Source: Candidatus Poribacteria bacterium (lineage in GTDB: Bacteria; Poribacteria; WGA-4E; WGA-3G). Taken from it: a DNA stretch of 64,000 bases. Positions 52,816-64,000 of the stretch are shown piece by piece. The position numbers and the translations under genes were made by a program. The stretch's first letter is position 1. Every line of letters begins with the position of its first letter. The notes under the pieces were generated by a model. The model did no database searches. It was not told the origin of the DNA and saw only the letters and a list, made by a program, of their open reading frames with translations. The DNA lies in contig CAXXUA010000003.1 of the NCBI GenBank assembly GCA_963663765.2, positions 558,081 through 622,080 of the forward strand, given 5' to 3'.

Positions 52816-55800
52816 TACTGCCCTGATGAATGTTTCCACAAGAGTATCCTGCCATCCTGTCCACTACTTGCTATATTCTTGCCATCTGGGCTGAACGCAA
52901 CACCATAAACTACATCATCATGCCCTTGAAGAACTCGTAGGGACACACCGGTTTCTGCGTTCCAGATACGGACTGTGCCATCCCTACTTGCGCTTGCGAG
53001 TGTTTTTCCACCCGGACTGAACGCAACACCACAAACTACATCATCATGCCCTTGAAGAACTCGTAGGGACACACCGGTTTCTGCGTTCCAGATACGGACT
53101 GTGCCATCCTCACTTGCGCTTGCGAGTGTTTTTCCATCCGGACTGAACGCTATACTAAATACATCATTATCATGCCCTTGAAGAACTCGTAGGGACACAC
53201 CGGTTTCTGCGTTCCAGATACGGACTGTGCCATCCCTACTTGCGCTTGCGAGCATTTTTCCATCCGGACTGAACGCAACACCATAAACTACATCATCATG
53301 CCCTTGAAGAACTCGTAGGGACACACCGGTTTCTACATTCCAGATGCGGACTGTGCCATCCTCACTTGTGCTTGCGAGTGTTTTTCCACCCGGACTGAAC
53401 GATACATTATAGACTGGTTCTTCATGCCCTTGAAGAACTCGCAGTTGTTTGCCAGTCTTCACATCACAAAAATAGATGTTATTATCATCGCCTCCAGCTG
53501 CAAGTGTTTTTCCATCCGGACTAAATGCTACTAAATAGATTTTATCCGTATTCCCAGTGACAGTGATGATGTGCTGCAGTGTTCCAGTTTCCACATCCCA
53601 TAACTTGATGATATTATCGAGACTCTGACTTGCTAACATATTGCCATTAGGATTAAAGACTATATTGAAGACAGGTTTCTGATTAAGGTCAGCAATTATA
53701 GTCTCTTTCATTATATTCTCCGTGTGAACGATTGGTTCTGATCCAGTCTTTACATCCCATTCCCGGATAGAATTATCTCCACCCCTGCTTGCGATAGTCT
53801 GTCCATTGGGACTGAACGCTACACTAAAGACAGCACTCGTATGACCAATGAACATACGCAGCTGTGATGCTGTCTGTGCGTCCCACAGACGGATTGTCCT
53901 ATCCTCACTTGCGCTTGCGAGTGTTTTCCCATCCGGACTGAACGCTATGCTATATACTGCACCTGAATGCTTCGTAAGGGTCTGTTTCTCCGTGCCGGTC
54001 TGTGCGTCCCACAGACGGATTGTCCTATCCTCACTTGCGCTTGCGAGTGTTTTCCCATCCGGACTGAACGCTATGCTATATACTGCACCTGAATGCTTCG
54101 TAAGGGTCTGTGTTTCTGCGCCTGTTTTCATATCCCACAGACGGATTGTCCTATCCATACTTGCGCTTGCGAGTGTTTTTCCATCCGGATTGAACGCAAT
54201 ACTACGGACACTATCTGTATGCCCCTGAAAAATATGTTCCTCTGTATTGGTTTTCATATCCCATAAACGGACGGTATTATCCGCACTGCCGCTTGCGAGT
54301 GTTTGCCCATCCGGACTGAACGCAACACTATACACAAAACCTGTATGCTCCTTAAGAATGTGCTTTCTGTCGGTCTCGAAATTCAATAGAAGGATGGTAT
54401 TATCCGCACGTCCGCTTGCGAATGCCGTTCCATTCTGACTGACCGTTAGGCAAAGGAAAGGATCCGTATAGTTAATGGCGGGTTCCAACATACTGACATT
54501 CCAGATTGCGTTACCACTTGCCACTATAAGCTCAACCCCACCTCCACCTGCACCTTGTAGATACTTTATTTCCCCGGTGCCATTGTTAATGAGCCTTACA
54601 GGTTCAGTTATCTCAACGTTTTCAACGTGTAACTTGAAACCATTCTTCGCGCTGTTGTATAGCAGCACATCGGATAAGATCAAAGTGGATGGTTTGGCAG
54701 TGATAACTTCAAAGGTCAGTAAAGCAAGTGAACCGTGTTCGTTTTTGATTTCACCTGTGGTATTCATTGCGGTAAGCATGACCTTATTCTTTTCAACAAC
54801 AGGAGTCTTAAAGTCTACATTTGCTGCAGGTAAAAAACCACCATTTGCAGCGGAGACATAGCGGATGGCAGTATCATCAAACGTCACGGTAGCTTGATAC
54901 CCTGATACGTTTTGACCTTCTGCTATATTGAGTGAGAAAGTAAGTTGTTCACCGACATCCGGAGACGCAACACTCTCTGGTGAAAGACTAACAACGGTGG
55001 GTGATGTTGGCGTCGGGGTGAGATCCCACAGCAGCACAGTGCCATCCCTACTCGCACTTGCGAGTGTGGTGCCATCAGGACTAAAAGATACGCTATTGAC
55101 ATAACCCGTATGCCCTGATAGTGTTCGCATGTGCGTTCCTGTGTCTGCCTCCCACAAACGGATCTCTTGCCAACTCCCACTTGCGAGTGTGGTGCCATCG
55201 GGACTAAAAGAGGTGCTCTCGACATCATCCGTATGCCCTGTGTCTGCGTTCCACAAACGGATGTCCCCGCTCCCACTTGCGAGTGTGGTGCCATCAGGAC
55301 TAAAAGAGACGCTATTGACCGTATCCCAATCCCCTTCTAGTGTTCTTATGTGTGTGCCTGTGTCTACGTTCCACAAACGGATGGTGCTGTCCGAACTCCC
55401 ACTTGCGAGTGTGCTCCCATCAGGACTAAAAGAGACGCTATTGACATAACCCGTATGCCCTGATAGTGTTCGCATGTGTGTGCCTGTGTCTGCCTCCCAC
55501 AAACGGATCTCTTGCCAACTCCCACTTGCGAGTGTGGTGCCATCAGGACTAAAAGAGACGCTATTGACCCAACCCGTATGCCCTGATAGTGTTCGCATGT
55601 GTGTGCCTGTGTCTGCCTCCCACAAACGGATCTCTTGCCAACTCCCACTTGCGAGTGTGGTGCCATCAGGACTAAAAGAGACGCTACTGACCGTATCCCA
55701 ATGCCCTGATAGTGTTCTTATGTGTGTGCCTGTGTCTGCGTTCCACAAACGGATGGTGCTGTCCGAACTCCCACTTGCGAGTGTGCTCCCATCAGGACTA

Positions 55801-56834
55801 AAAGATACGCTACTGACCGTATCCCAATGCCCTGATAGTGTTCTTATGTGTGTGCCTGTGTCTGCGTTCCACAAACGGATGGTGCTGTCCGAACTCGCAC
55901 TTGCGATTGTGCTCCCATCAGGACTAAAAGAGACGCTATTGACATCATCCGTATGCCCTGATAGTGTTCTTATGTGTGTGCCTGTGTCTGCGTTCCACAA
56001 ACGGATGGTGCTGTCCGAACTCGCACTTGCGATTGTGCTCCCATCAGGACTAAAAGAGACGCTATTGACATCATCCGTATGCCCTGATAGTGTTCTTATG
56101 TGTGTGCCTGTGTCTGCGTTCCACAAACGGATGGTGCTGTCCGAACTCCCACTTGCGATTGTGCTCCCATCAGGACTAAAAGAGACGCTATTGACATCAT
56201 CCGTATGCCCTGATAGTGTTCTTATGTGTGTGCCTGTGTCTGTGTTCCACAAACGGATGGTGCTGTCCGAACTCCCACTTGCGATTGTGCTCCCATCAGG
56301 ACTAAAAGAGACGCTATAGACATAAGACGTATGTCCTGTGAGAACATCTGTTCGTGTGTGTGTGCCATCGGTTACATTCCACATATGGATCTCTTGCTCA
56401 CTCGCACTTGCGATTGTGCTCCCATCAGGACTAAAAGAGACGCTACTGACCGTATCCCAATGCCCTGTGAGTGTTCTTATGTGTGTGCCTGTGTCTGTCT
56501 CCCATAAACGGATGGTCTCGTCATCACTCGCACTTGCGATTGTGCTCCCATCAGGACTAAAAGAGACGCTATAGACATCATCCGTATGCCCTGAGAGGAG
56601 GTCAAGTTCTTCACCTGTCTGGGCATCGTAGATCCAAACACCGATGCTGCTTGCCACTGCCAACTTGCTGCCATCGGGAGAATAGGCAACATTCCCAGTA
56701 ATCTGTCCTTTCCCGAGACGTGCTTTTGCACCTTCGGGTAGATGCCATTTTGTGTAGTCTTGGGCGGGGGTGTTGGTGGTAAAGGTTAGTGTTATGAATA
56801 ATGTTATCAAGATTGAATACAATATGTTTTTCAT
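52815..56834 (-). CDS. Secreted multi-propeller WD40 protein with internal cohesin-like domain; tail lost or out of frame
   Basis: MKNILYS signal peptide, more than 20 WD40 repeats in distinct sub-blocks, NVSGYQATVTFD. Confidence 0.85.
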   Translation of the reverse strand: MKNILYSILITLFITLTFTTNTPAQDYTKWHLPEGAKARLGKGQITGNVAYSPDGSKLAVASSIGVWIYDAQTGEELDLLSGHTDDVYSVSFSPDGSTIASASDDETIRLWETDTGTHIRTLTGHWDTVSSVSFSPDGSTIASASEQEIHMWNVTDGTHTRTDVLTGHTSYVYSVSFSPDGSTIASGSSDSTIRLWNTDTGTHIRTLSGHTDDVNSVSFSPDGSTIASGSSDSTIRLWNADTGTHIRTLSGHTDDVNSVSFSPDGSTIASASSDSTIRLWNADTGTHIRTLSGHTDDVNSVSFSPDGSTIASASSDSTIRLWNADTGTHIRTLSGHWDTVSSVSFSPDGSTLASGSSDSTIRLWNADTGTHIRTLSGHWDTVSSVSFSPDGTTLASGSWQEIRLWEADTGTHMRTLSGHTGWVNSVSFSPDGTTLASGSWQEIRLWEADTGTHMRTLSGHTGYVNSVSFSPDGSTLASGSSDSTIRLWNVDTGTHIRTLEGDWDTVNSVSFSPDGTTLASGSGDIRLWNADTGHTDDVESTSFSPDGTTLASGSWQEIRLWEADTGTHMRTLSGHTGYVNSVSFSPDGTTLASASRDGTVLLWDLTPTPTSPTVVSLSPESVASPDVGEQLTFSLNIAEGQNVSGYQATVTFDDTAIRYVSAANGGFLPAANVDFKTPVVEKNKVMLTAMNTTGEIKNEHGSLALLTFEVITAKPSTLILSDVLLYNSAKNGFKLHVENVEITEPVRLINNGTGEIKYLQGAGGGGVELIVASGNAIWNVSMLEPAINYTDPFLCLTVSQNGTAFASGRADNTILLLNFETDRKHILKEHTGFVYSVAFSPDGQTLASGSADNTVRLWDMKTNTEEHIFQGHTDSVRSIAFNPDGKTLASASMDRTIRLWDMKTGAETQTLTKHSGAVYSIAFSPDGKTLASASEDRTIRLWDAQTGTEKQTLTKHSGAVYSIAFSPDGKTLASASEDRTIRLWDAQTASQLRMFIGHTSAVFSVAFSPNGQTIASRGGDNSIREWDVKTGSEPIVHTENIMKETIIADLNQKPVFNIVFNPNGNMLASQSLDNIIKLWDVETGTLQHIITVTGNTDKIYLVAFSPDGKTLAAGGDDNNIYFCDVKTGKQLRVLQGHEEPVYNVSFSPGGKTLASTSEDGTVRIWNVETGVSLRVLQGHDDVVYGVAFSPDGKMLASASRDGTVRIWNAETGVSLRVLQGHDNDVFSIAFSPDGKTLASASEDGTVRIWNAETGVSLRVLQGHDDVVCGVAFSPGGKTLASASRDGTVRIWNAETGVSLRVLQGHDDVVYGVAFSPDGKNIASSGQDGRILLWKHSSGQ

Positions 56835-56862
56835 TATTATTCTCCTTATGTTGACTGCTATT

Positions 56863-57229
56863 ATAGTTTGTATCAAATGACCCCATGAGTTATACTTTTA
56901 GTATGAGTTATACTAACGAGTAGATGTATTCGGATCCCCGTTAATCTATTCATGGAGGTCAACATGAATCGCAAAAAGGATACCGCCTACGGTATTAACC
57001 GGCTCGAATCTAAGAATGCCAGAGCCGCTATTATTCAGAAGATTTCATCAGACCTTAATCTAATGCCTATCGTTGCTGAAGCCTACTATAAACAGATTTC
57101 TACGGACTTTGAACAACATACCGATGTGCAACTGACATCAGGACAAATCTGCTACGAGGCTGTCGCTGCTGAGGAACCCGCAGGTAAACACATCGCTTTA
57201 GCGAAAAAACTCTCCTGTCGGCTCACCCT
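56863..57229 (+). mobile_element. DUF1670-pair element copy C: left end and 5' part of ORF A only
   Basis: Matches 50621-50986; IR GTATCAAATGACC 56870-56882; fused by deletion to a cohesin-coding segment. Confidence 0.88.
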
Positions 57230-58057
57230 TGCTGCAGGTAAAAAACCACCATTTGCAGCGGAGACATAGCGGATGGCAGTATCATCAAACGTCACGGTAG
57301 CTTGATACCCTGATACGTTTTGACCTTCGCTGATATTGAGTGAGAATGTGAGTATCTCACTTGGAGTTGGTGACGGCAGGGAAGAGGGTGAAAGACTGAC
57401 TTTAGCAGCTGATGCGGGTAGTTCGGGAAGCGCATGGGTATCCCACAAAAGTATCGTGCCATCATCACTCCCAGTTGCCAACGTAGTGCAATCAGGACTG
57501 AAAGCTACACTGTTGACCTGATCCAAGTGTCCCGAGAAAATGGCTTGTTCTTTACCGGTCTCCACATCCCACAGACGGACGGTATTTACTTCTGACGAAG
57601 GTTCGTCACTCCTGCTTCCGCTTGCAAGTGTTTTCCCAACCGGACTGAAGGCTATGATATTGACATCATCCGTGTGCCCCGTAAGGGCTTGGGTGTGTTC
57701 TCCAGAGTTGGTATCCCACAAACGGATGGTGGTGTCTGAACCCTCACTTGCGACACTTGCGAGGGTGTTGCCATCTGGACTAAAAGATACGCTATTGACA
57801 TCACGCGTATACCCTGTGAATAGATCCAATTCTCCACCTGTCTGGGCATCGTAGATCCAAATTCCGATATTACCTGCTACCGCCAGTTTAGTGTCATCGG
57901 GTGAATACTTGATTTCATTGATATTACCTTTTCCAAGTCGTGCTTTCGCGCCTTCGGGTAGATGCCATTGTATATAATCTTGTGCTAAACTATTGTGCAC
58001 AAACGCGAAGGTTGCAAAAGTGAGTAGTGTAAGTGTTAGACATAGTGTCGTTTTCAT
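57230..58057 (-). pseudogene. WD40 + cohesin-like gene, 3'-truncated by the deletion that also truncated copy C
   Basis: MKTTLCL signal peptide; identity to 54822 onward ends at ...GGFLPAA. Confidence 0.8.
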
Positions 58058-58145
58058 GTATTTGTTTTCCTTATTTTGGGAAAGGCGGGTACCTACGTTT
58101 GTGTGTAACAAATCACAGAGACCACACCCTTAGTTTTGGAATAGA

Positions 58146-58270
58146 TTACTTCAAAATAACCATTTTACGCAGGAAAGACACACTGTCTGCCTGCAGTTGA
58201 TAAAAATAGATACCGTTCGCAACACGCTCACCATAAGCGTTTCGACCATCCCAATGTGCCGCACGGCTTC
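58146..58270 (-). pseudogene. Orphan secretion-tail stub of the LRR-cadherin type
   Basis: SRAAHWDGRNAYGERVANGIYFYQLQADSVSFLRKMVILK*. Confidence 0.8.
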
Positions 58271-60395
58271 TAGATGTCAGGTTCACCATTCAATGTTGTC
58301 CAGAGTTCCTTTCCGGTCATAAGTTCGGAGGACAGTGCGGAGAGGCTTTCTATACCCTCGCCCCATAACACATTATTTGCACTGACCGACTCAAGAATCG
58401 GTCCCCTGTACTCCAATTCTGGTGCTTCATCCGGGAAACCAATGGTGTAGACCAGTGTATCTTCGTTTTCTCGGTATAGGGTGACTTCTTTACCATTCTC
58501 CAGTCGGAAACTGACGATCACGGGCTTTCCTGTTCTGTGCGTGTGAGTTCCCACAGCAGCACGGTGCCATCATAACTCCCACTTGCGATTGTGGTGCCAT
58601 CAGGACTAAAAGATACGCTATTGACCTGACCCGTATGCCCTGTGAGTGTTCTTATGTGTGTGCCTGTGTCTGCGTTCCACATACGGATGGTGCTGTCCGA
58701 ACTTGCACTTGCGAGTGTGCTCCCATCAGGACTAAAAGATACGCTATTGACATCATCCGTATGTCCTGACAGTGTTCTTATGTGTGTGCCTGTGTCTGCC
58801 TCCCACAAACGGATGGTGCTGTCCGAACTCACACTTGCGAGTGTGCTCCCATCAGGACTAAAAGATACGCTATTGACATCATCCGTATGTCCTGACAGTG
58901 TTCTTATGTGTGTGCCTATGTCTGCCTCCCACAAACGGATGGTGCTGTCCGAACTCGCACTTGCGAGTGTGCTCCCATCAGGACTAAAAGATACGCTATT
59001 GACATCATCCGTATGTCCTGACAGTGTTCTTATGTGTGTGCCTGTGTCTGCCTCCCACAAACGGATGGTGCCGTCCGAACTTCCACTTGCGATTGTGGTG
59101 CCATCAGGACTAAAAGATACGCTATTGACCTGACCCGTTTGCCCTGATAGTGTTCTTATGTGTGTGCCTGTGTCTGCCTCCCACAAACGGATGGTGTCAT
59201 CATCACTCGCACTTGCGAGTGTGCTCCCATCAGGACTAAAAGATACGCTATTGACCTGACCCCAATACCCTGATAGTGTTCTTATGTGTCTGCCTGTGTC
59301 TGCGTTCCACATACGAATGGTTCTGTCATAACTCCCACTTGCGATTGTGGTGCCATCAGGACTAAAAGATACGCTATTGACATAAGACGTATATCCTGAT
59401 AGTGTTCTTATGTGTGTGCCTGTGTCTGCCTCCCACAAACGGATGGTGCCGTCCCTACTCCCACTTGCGATTGTGGTGCCATCAGGACTAAAAGATACGC
59501 TTAAGACATCACGCGTATGCCTTTCTAGTGTTCTTATGTGTGTGCCTGTGTCTGCCTCCCACAAACGGATGGTGCTGTCATCACTCGCACTTGCGATTGT
59601 GCTCCCATCAGGACTAAAAGATACGCTAAAGACCGTATCCGTATGCCCTGATATTGTTCTTATGTGTGTGCCTGTGTCTGCCTCCCACAAACGGATCGTG
59701 CCGTCCCCGCTCCCACTTGCCAACGTGGTGCCATCAGGACTAAAAGATACGCTAAAGACCATATCCGTATGCCCTGAGAGTGTTCTTATGTGTGTGCCTG
59801 TGTCTGCGTTCCACAAACGGATGGTGTCGTCCCAACTCGCACTTGCGAGTGTGCTGCCATCAGGACTAAAAGATACGCTAAAGACCATATCCGTATGCCC
59901 TGTGAGTGTTCTTATGTGTGTGCCTGTGTCTGCATCCCACAAACGGATGGTGCTGTCATAACTCCCACTTGCGATTGTGGTGCCATCAGGACTAAAAGAT
60001 ACGCTAAAGACCGTATCCGTATGCCCTGAGAGTGTTCTTATGTGTGTGCCTGTGTCTGCGTTCCACAAACGGATGGTGTCGTCCCAACTCGCACTTGCGA
60101 GTGTGCTGCCATCAGGACTAAAAGATACGCTCCAGACCGAACCCGTATGCCCTGAGAGGAGGTCAAGTTCTTCACCTGTCTGTGCATCGTAGATCCAAAC
60201 ACCGATACTACCTGCTACTGCCAACTGGCTGCCATCGGGAGAATAGACAACATTCCCAGTAATCTGTCCATTCCCGAGACGTGCTTTTACGCCTTCAGGT
60301 AGATGCCATTGCCATAAGTCTTGGGCGGGGGTGTTGGCGGTAAAGGTTAGTGTTATAGTCAGTGTTATCAAGATTGAATACAATATGTTTTTCAT
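58270..60395 (-). pseudogene. Secreted WD40 protein, frameshifted near 58527 into a truncated copy of the domain at 61486-61745
   Basis: About 13 WD40 repeats; gggctttcc versus gggcttttcc in the paralog; 58273-58570 duplicates 61486-61785. Confidence 0.8.
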
Positions 60396-60399
60396 TATT

Positions 60400-60535
60400 A
60401 TTTTCCTTTTAAGGTCTTCCGTGTAGCAGAGACCTTCCTTGCTGTGAATGTGTAGAAATACACGCCGCTTGCGACGTGTTCTCCTTGTGCGTTTTTGCCA
60501 CCCCAATTGCCAGCACGGCTACGCTGATGATACAT
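60400..60535 (-). pseudogene. Orphan, degenerate secretion-tail stub
   Basis: GKNAQGEHVASGVYFYTFTA.KVSATRK; same truncation junction as 26765-26900. Confidence 0.7.
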
Positions 60536-60635
60536 CTCTATTAGTACTGTTAGGAAACCGCACCTACCGTCTAAAAATAAGATAAATCACGTTAATAATT
60601 TGGTATTATAACGTTCGACAAAATAATTTCATCTA

Positions 60636-63600
60636 TTAGAACTGCTTTGAATAATAGATTCCAAGGCTTACGGGAGTGAAAGTTTTCTGATCCCATTCAA
60701 TATCAATTAATTCATCAAGTACTGAAACCTCATTTTCAAAGGTAGAAAACGGTTTGTCAATACGTAGTTCAAGTTTTAATCCGCTCTTGGAAAAACGTCC
60801 TGTATCTATTCCAATTACGCCATAGATGCCGGGTCCGAGTTTGTCTTCATCAATTAGTATAAGTTTTCGGGACATCCATATTACTGAAACACCACCACCA
60901 ATATATGGTGAAAAACCTTTTTGAATTAAATATACACGCGCACCAAGGGATCCAGACTGAAATATCCAAAGAGGAGAAAAGTCTAGCTCAGTCTCAGCCT
61001 CGGTCTCAGCCTCAAAACCCTTCAAGCTCATAGCAAGCCGATAGTCCGCTATTACAGCAAATCTGTTGAAATCATAGGACACACCGCCTTCAACTCCAAT
61101 GCCATCTTGAATATTGACACTCGCTTCATTGATACGTACACCGAGAACTCCAACAGAAAAGCGCAATCGTGATAGGGTAAACTGCTTACTGTTGGCAGGC
61201 GAGGGTACTGTGTCATGTGAAATGCTATCCGTTGCGTTAGTGGCACTATGCAGACGAAGCATTTTCCCATCCGGTGCCAAAGCTGTGAGGCTATACGATT
61301 TATAATCGTCCAACTCCTCCTCGGGTACGTTGATGGGTCGCCCTTCTGTATACGAGACAACATACTCCCAACCAGAAGTTCGGAAGATATAAGCAGATTG
61401 GGAAATGGATCCCGTAGAGGCAGAAACAGAGATAAATCCGTGGCTCTCGTCCGAATTAGCTGCTTTGGATATTGCTTCTGCAATGATGTCAGGTTCACCA
61501 TTCAATGTTGTCCAGAGTTCCTTTCCGGTCATAAGTTCGGAGGACAGTGCGGAGAGGCTTTCTATACCCTCGCCCCATAACATATTATTTGCACTGACCG
61601 ACTCAAGAATCGGTCCCCTGTACTCCAATTCTGGTGCTTCATCCGGCAAACCAATGGTGTAGACCAGTGTATCTTCGTTTTCTCGGTATAGGGTGACTTC
61701 TTTACCATTCTCCAGTCGGAAACTGACGATCACGGGCTTTTCCTGTTCTGTGCGTGTGAGTTCCCACAGCAGCACGGTGCCATCAGAACTCACACTTGCG
61801 AGTGTGCTGCCATCAGGACTAAAAGATACGATCTCGACCCAACCCGTAAATCCTGATATTGTTCTTATGTGTCTGCCTGTGTCTGCCTCCCACAAACGGA
61901 TGGTCCCGTCCGAACTCCCACTTGCGAGTGTGCTCCCATCTGGACTGAACGCTATGCTATTGATATCATCCGTATGCCTCGTAAGGGTTTGGATGTGTTC
62001 TCCGGAGTTGGCATCCCACAAACGGATAGTGTCGTCATAACTTCCACTTGCGAGTGTTTTCCCATCTGGACTGAACGCTACGCTATTGACACTATCCGAA
62101 TGTCCCTTGAACTCCTGCTTCTTTATGCCGGTGGCAACATCCCACACACATAAGGTTTTACCCTCAGTAATACTACCACTAATCAACTGTTCATCCTCAA
62201 AGCTACCACTACTCCCGGTTGCGAGTGTTTTTCCATCTGGACTGAACGCTACGCTATTGACATAACCTATTATATACGCCTTGAGCGTGCCGAGGGGTGT
62301 GCCCGTGTTAACATCCCACAACTCCAATTGAACGACATCCCCCATTCACCGTCGATTCATAACTCCCACAGGCAATTATCTCTCCATTAGGACTGAATGC
62401 TACGCTACTGACCGAACCCGGCTGCCAGAGGACCTTCTTCTCTGTGCCAGTTTTCACATCCCTCAAACGGACGGGGCCATTAGAACTCGCACTTGCGATT
62501 GTGCTGCCATCAGGACTAAAAGATACGATCTCGACCCAACCCGTATGCCCTGATATTGTTCTTATGTGTGTGCCTGTGTCTGCCTCCCACAAACGGATGG
62601 TGCTGTCCGAACTCCCACTTGCGAGTGTGCTCCCATCTGGACTAAAAGATACGCTATTGACCTGACCCCAATGCGTATGCCCTGATAGTGTTCTTATGTG
62701 TCTGCCTGTGTCTGCGTTCCACATACGGATAGTGGTGTCATCACTGCCACTTGCGATTGTGCTGCCATCAGGACTAAAAGATACGCTACTGACCGAACCC
62801 GTATGCCCTGATAGTGTTCTTATGTGTCTGCCTGTGTCTGCGTTCCACATACGGATGGTGTCGTCCGAACTCGCACTTGCGATTGTGCTGCCATCAGGAC
62901 TAAAAGATACGCTACTGACCGAACCCGTATGCCCTGATAGTGTTCTTATGTGTCTGCCTGTGTCTGCGTTCCACATACGGATGGTCCTGTCATCACTCCC
63001 ACTTGCGATTGTGCCACCATCAGGACTAAAAGATACGCTACTGACCCAAGACCTATGCCCTGATAGTGTTCTTATGTGTGTGCCTGTGTCTGCCTCCCAC
63101 ATTCGGATGGTGCTGTCAAAACTCGCACTTGCGATCGTGCCACCATCAGGACTAAAAGATACGCTATAGACCGACCTCGTATGCCCTGATAGTGTTCTTA
63201 TGTGTCTGCCTGTGTCTGCGTTCCACATACGGATGGTGCTGTCATCACTCCCACTTGCGATTGTGCCACCATCAGGACTAAAAGATACGCTATAGACCGT
63301 ATCCGTATGCCCTGATAGTGTTCTTATGTGTCTGCCTGTGTCTGCGTTCCACATACGGATGGTGTCGTCCGAACTCCCACTTACGATTGTGCTGCCATCA
63401 GGACTAAAAGATATGCTAGAGACCCAACCCGTATGCCCTGAGAGGAGGTCAAGTTCTTCACCTGTCTGTGCATCGTATATCCAAACACCGATGCTGCCTC
63501 CCACTGCCAATTTTGTGCCATCGGGTGAATACTTTATTTCATTGATACTGCCTTTTCCAAGTCGTGCTTTTGCGCCTTCAGGTAGACTTATTGTTGTGTA

Positions 63601-63678
63601 GTCTTGGGCGAGGGTGTTGGTAGTAAAGGTTAGTGTTATAGTCAGTGTTATCAAGATTGAATACAATATGTTTTTCAT
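60636..63678 (-). CDS. WD40 protein + unknown domain + C-terminal outer-membrane beta-barrel, split by a frameshift near 62340
   Basis: ORFs 62308-63678 and 60636-62345 overlap mid-WD40 at a C5 run; C-terminal amphipathic strands (FSPYIGGGVS, GIYGVIGID) end in Phe. Confidence 0.7.
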
Positions 63679-63701
63679 TATTATTCTCCTTATGTTGACT
63701 G

Positions 63702-64000
63702 CTATTTCCGTATTAACATTTTGCGAGTAGCAGAGACCTTCCCTGCTGATAATGTATAGAAATACACGCCGCTTGCGACGTGTTCTCCTTGTGCATTTTT
63801 GCCATCCCAATGGGCAGCGTGGCTCCGATTATGATATGTGCCAATGGGTTGGTGTCCTAAGTCTAATGTGCGTATCAACTTACCATCCAATGTATATATG
63901 GAAATACTAACATCAGCGGGTGTTGCGAGTTGGTACGGTATCCAGGTTTCTGGGTTAAACGGGTTTGGGTAGTTCGGTAACAGTGCGGTTTCTTTCGGGG
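63702..64000 (-). CDS. 3' end of a gene with FlgD/T9SS-like tail (starts beyond the window)
   Basis: PKETALLPNYPNPFNPETWIPYQL...RKMLIRK*. Confidence 0.85.
   Translation of the reverse strand, partial: PKETALLPNYPNPFNPETWIPYQLATPADVSISIYTLDGKLIRTLDLGHQPIGTYHNRSHAAHWDGKNAQGEHVASGVYFYTLSAGKVSATRKMLIRK

Noticed and set aside
500-62345. Programmed frameshifting or phase variation at 509, 23852, 58527 and 62340
   Set aside because: Apparent single-base indels in short runs; sequencing error or ordinary decay cannot be excluded without reads
15796-63601. Many plus-strand ORFs overlapping the repeat genes (e.g. MCVPVSASHKR..., MSVSSSASV...)
   Set aside because: Antisense shadows of WD40, cadherin and LRR codon patterns

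Overview
Accessory locus from a bacterium that is probably Candidatus Poribacteria-like, i.e. a sponge symbiont (inferred from the gene repertoire only). It is almost entirely a minus-strand array of secreted eukaryote-like repeat proteins: WD40, LRR, cadherin, LamG, lamin-tail and cohesin/dockerin. They end in a FlgD/T9SS-like tail (PNPFNPETWIPY...RKMxILK*), a KLTTxWxxLK tail, or one outer-membrane barrel. The region is full of IS630, ISAs1 and TnpB remnants, MITEs, REP-like hairpins and gene relics. The standout is a 2.0-kb element encoding two paralogous DUF1670-like proteins and no recognisable transposase, present three times (intact 50621-52633; remnants 13575-15078 and 56863-57229). It has 13-bp subterminal inverted repeats set 7 and 3 nt inside its ends, as in IS1111. 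Every surviving junction lies at the terminal Lys-stop codons of a secretion-tail gene, and its right end supplies a replacement stop codon. Its 3' non-coding region has a conserved strong promoter and a hairpin whose 10-nt loop resembles the target consensus. This makes it a candidate site-specific, possibly RNA-guided, mobile element. All alignments and foldings were done by eye.
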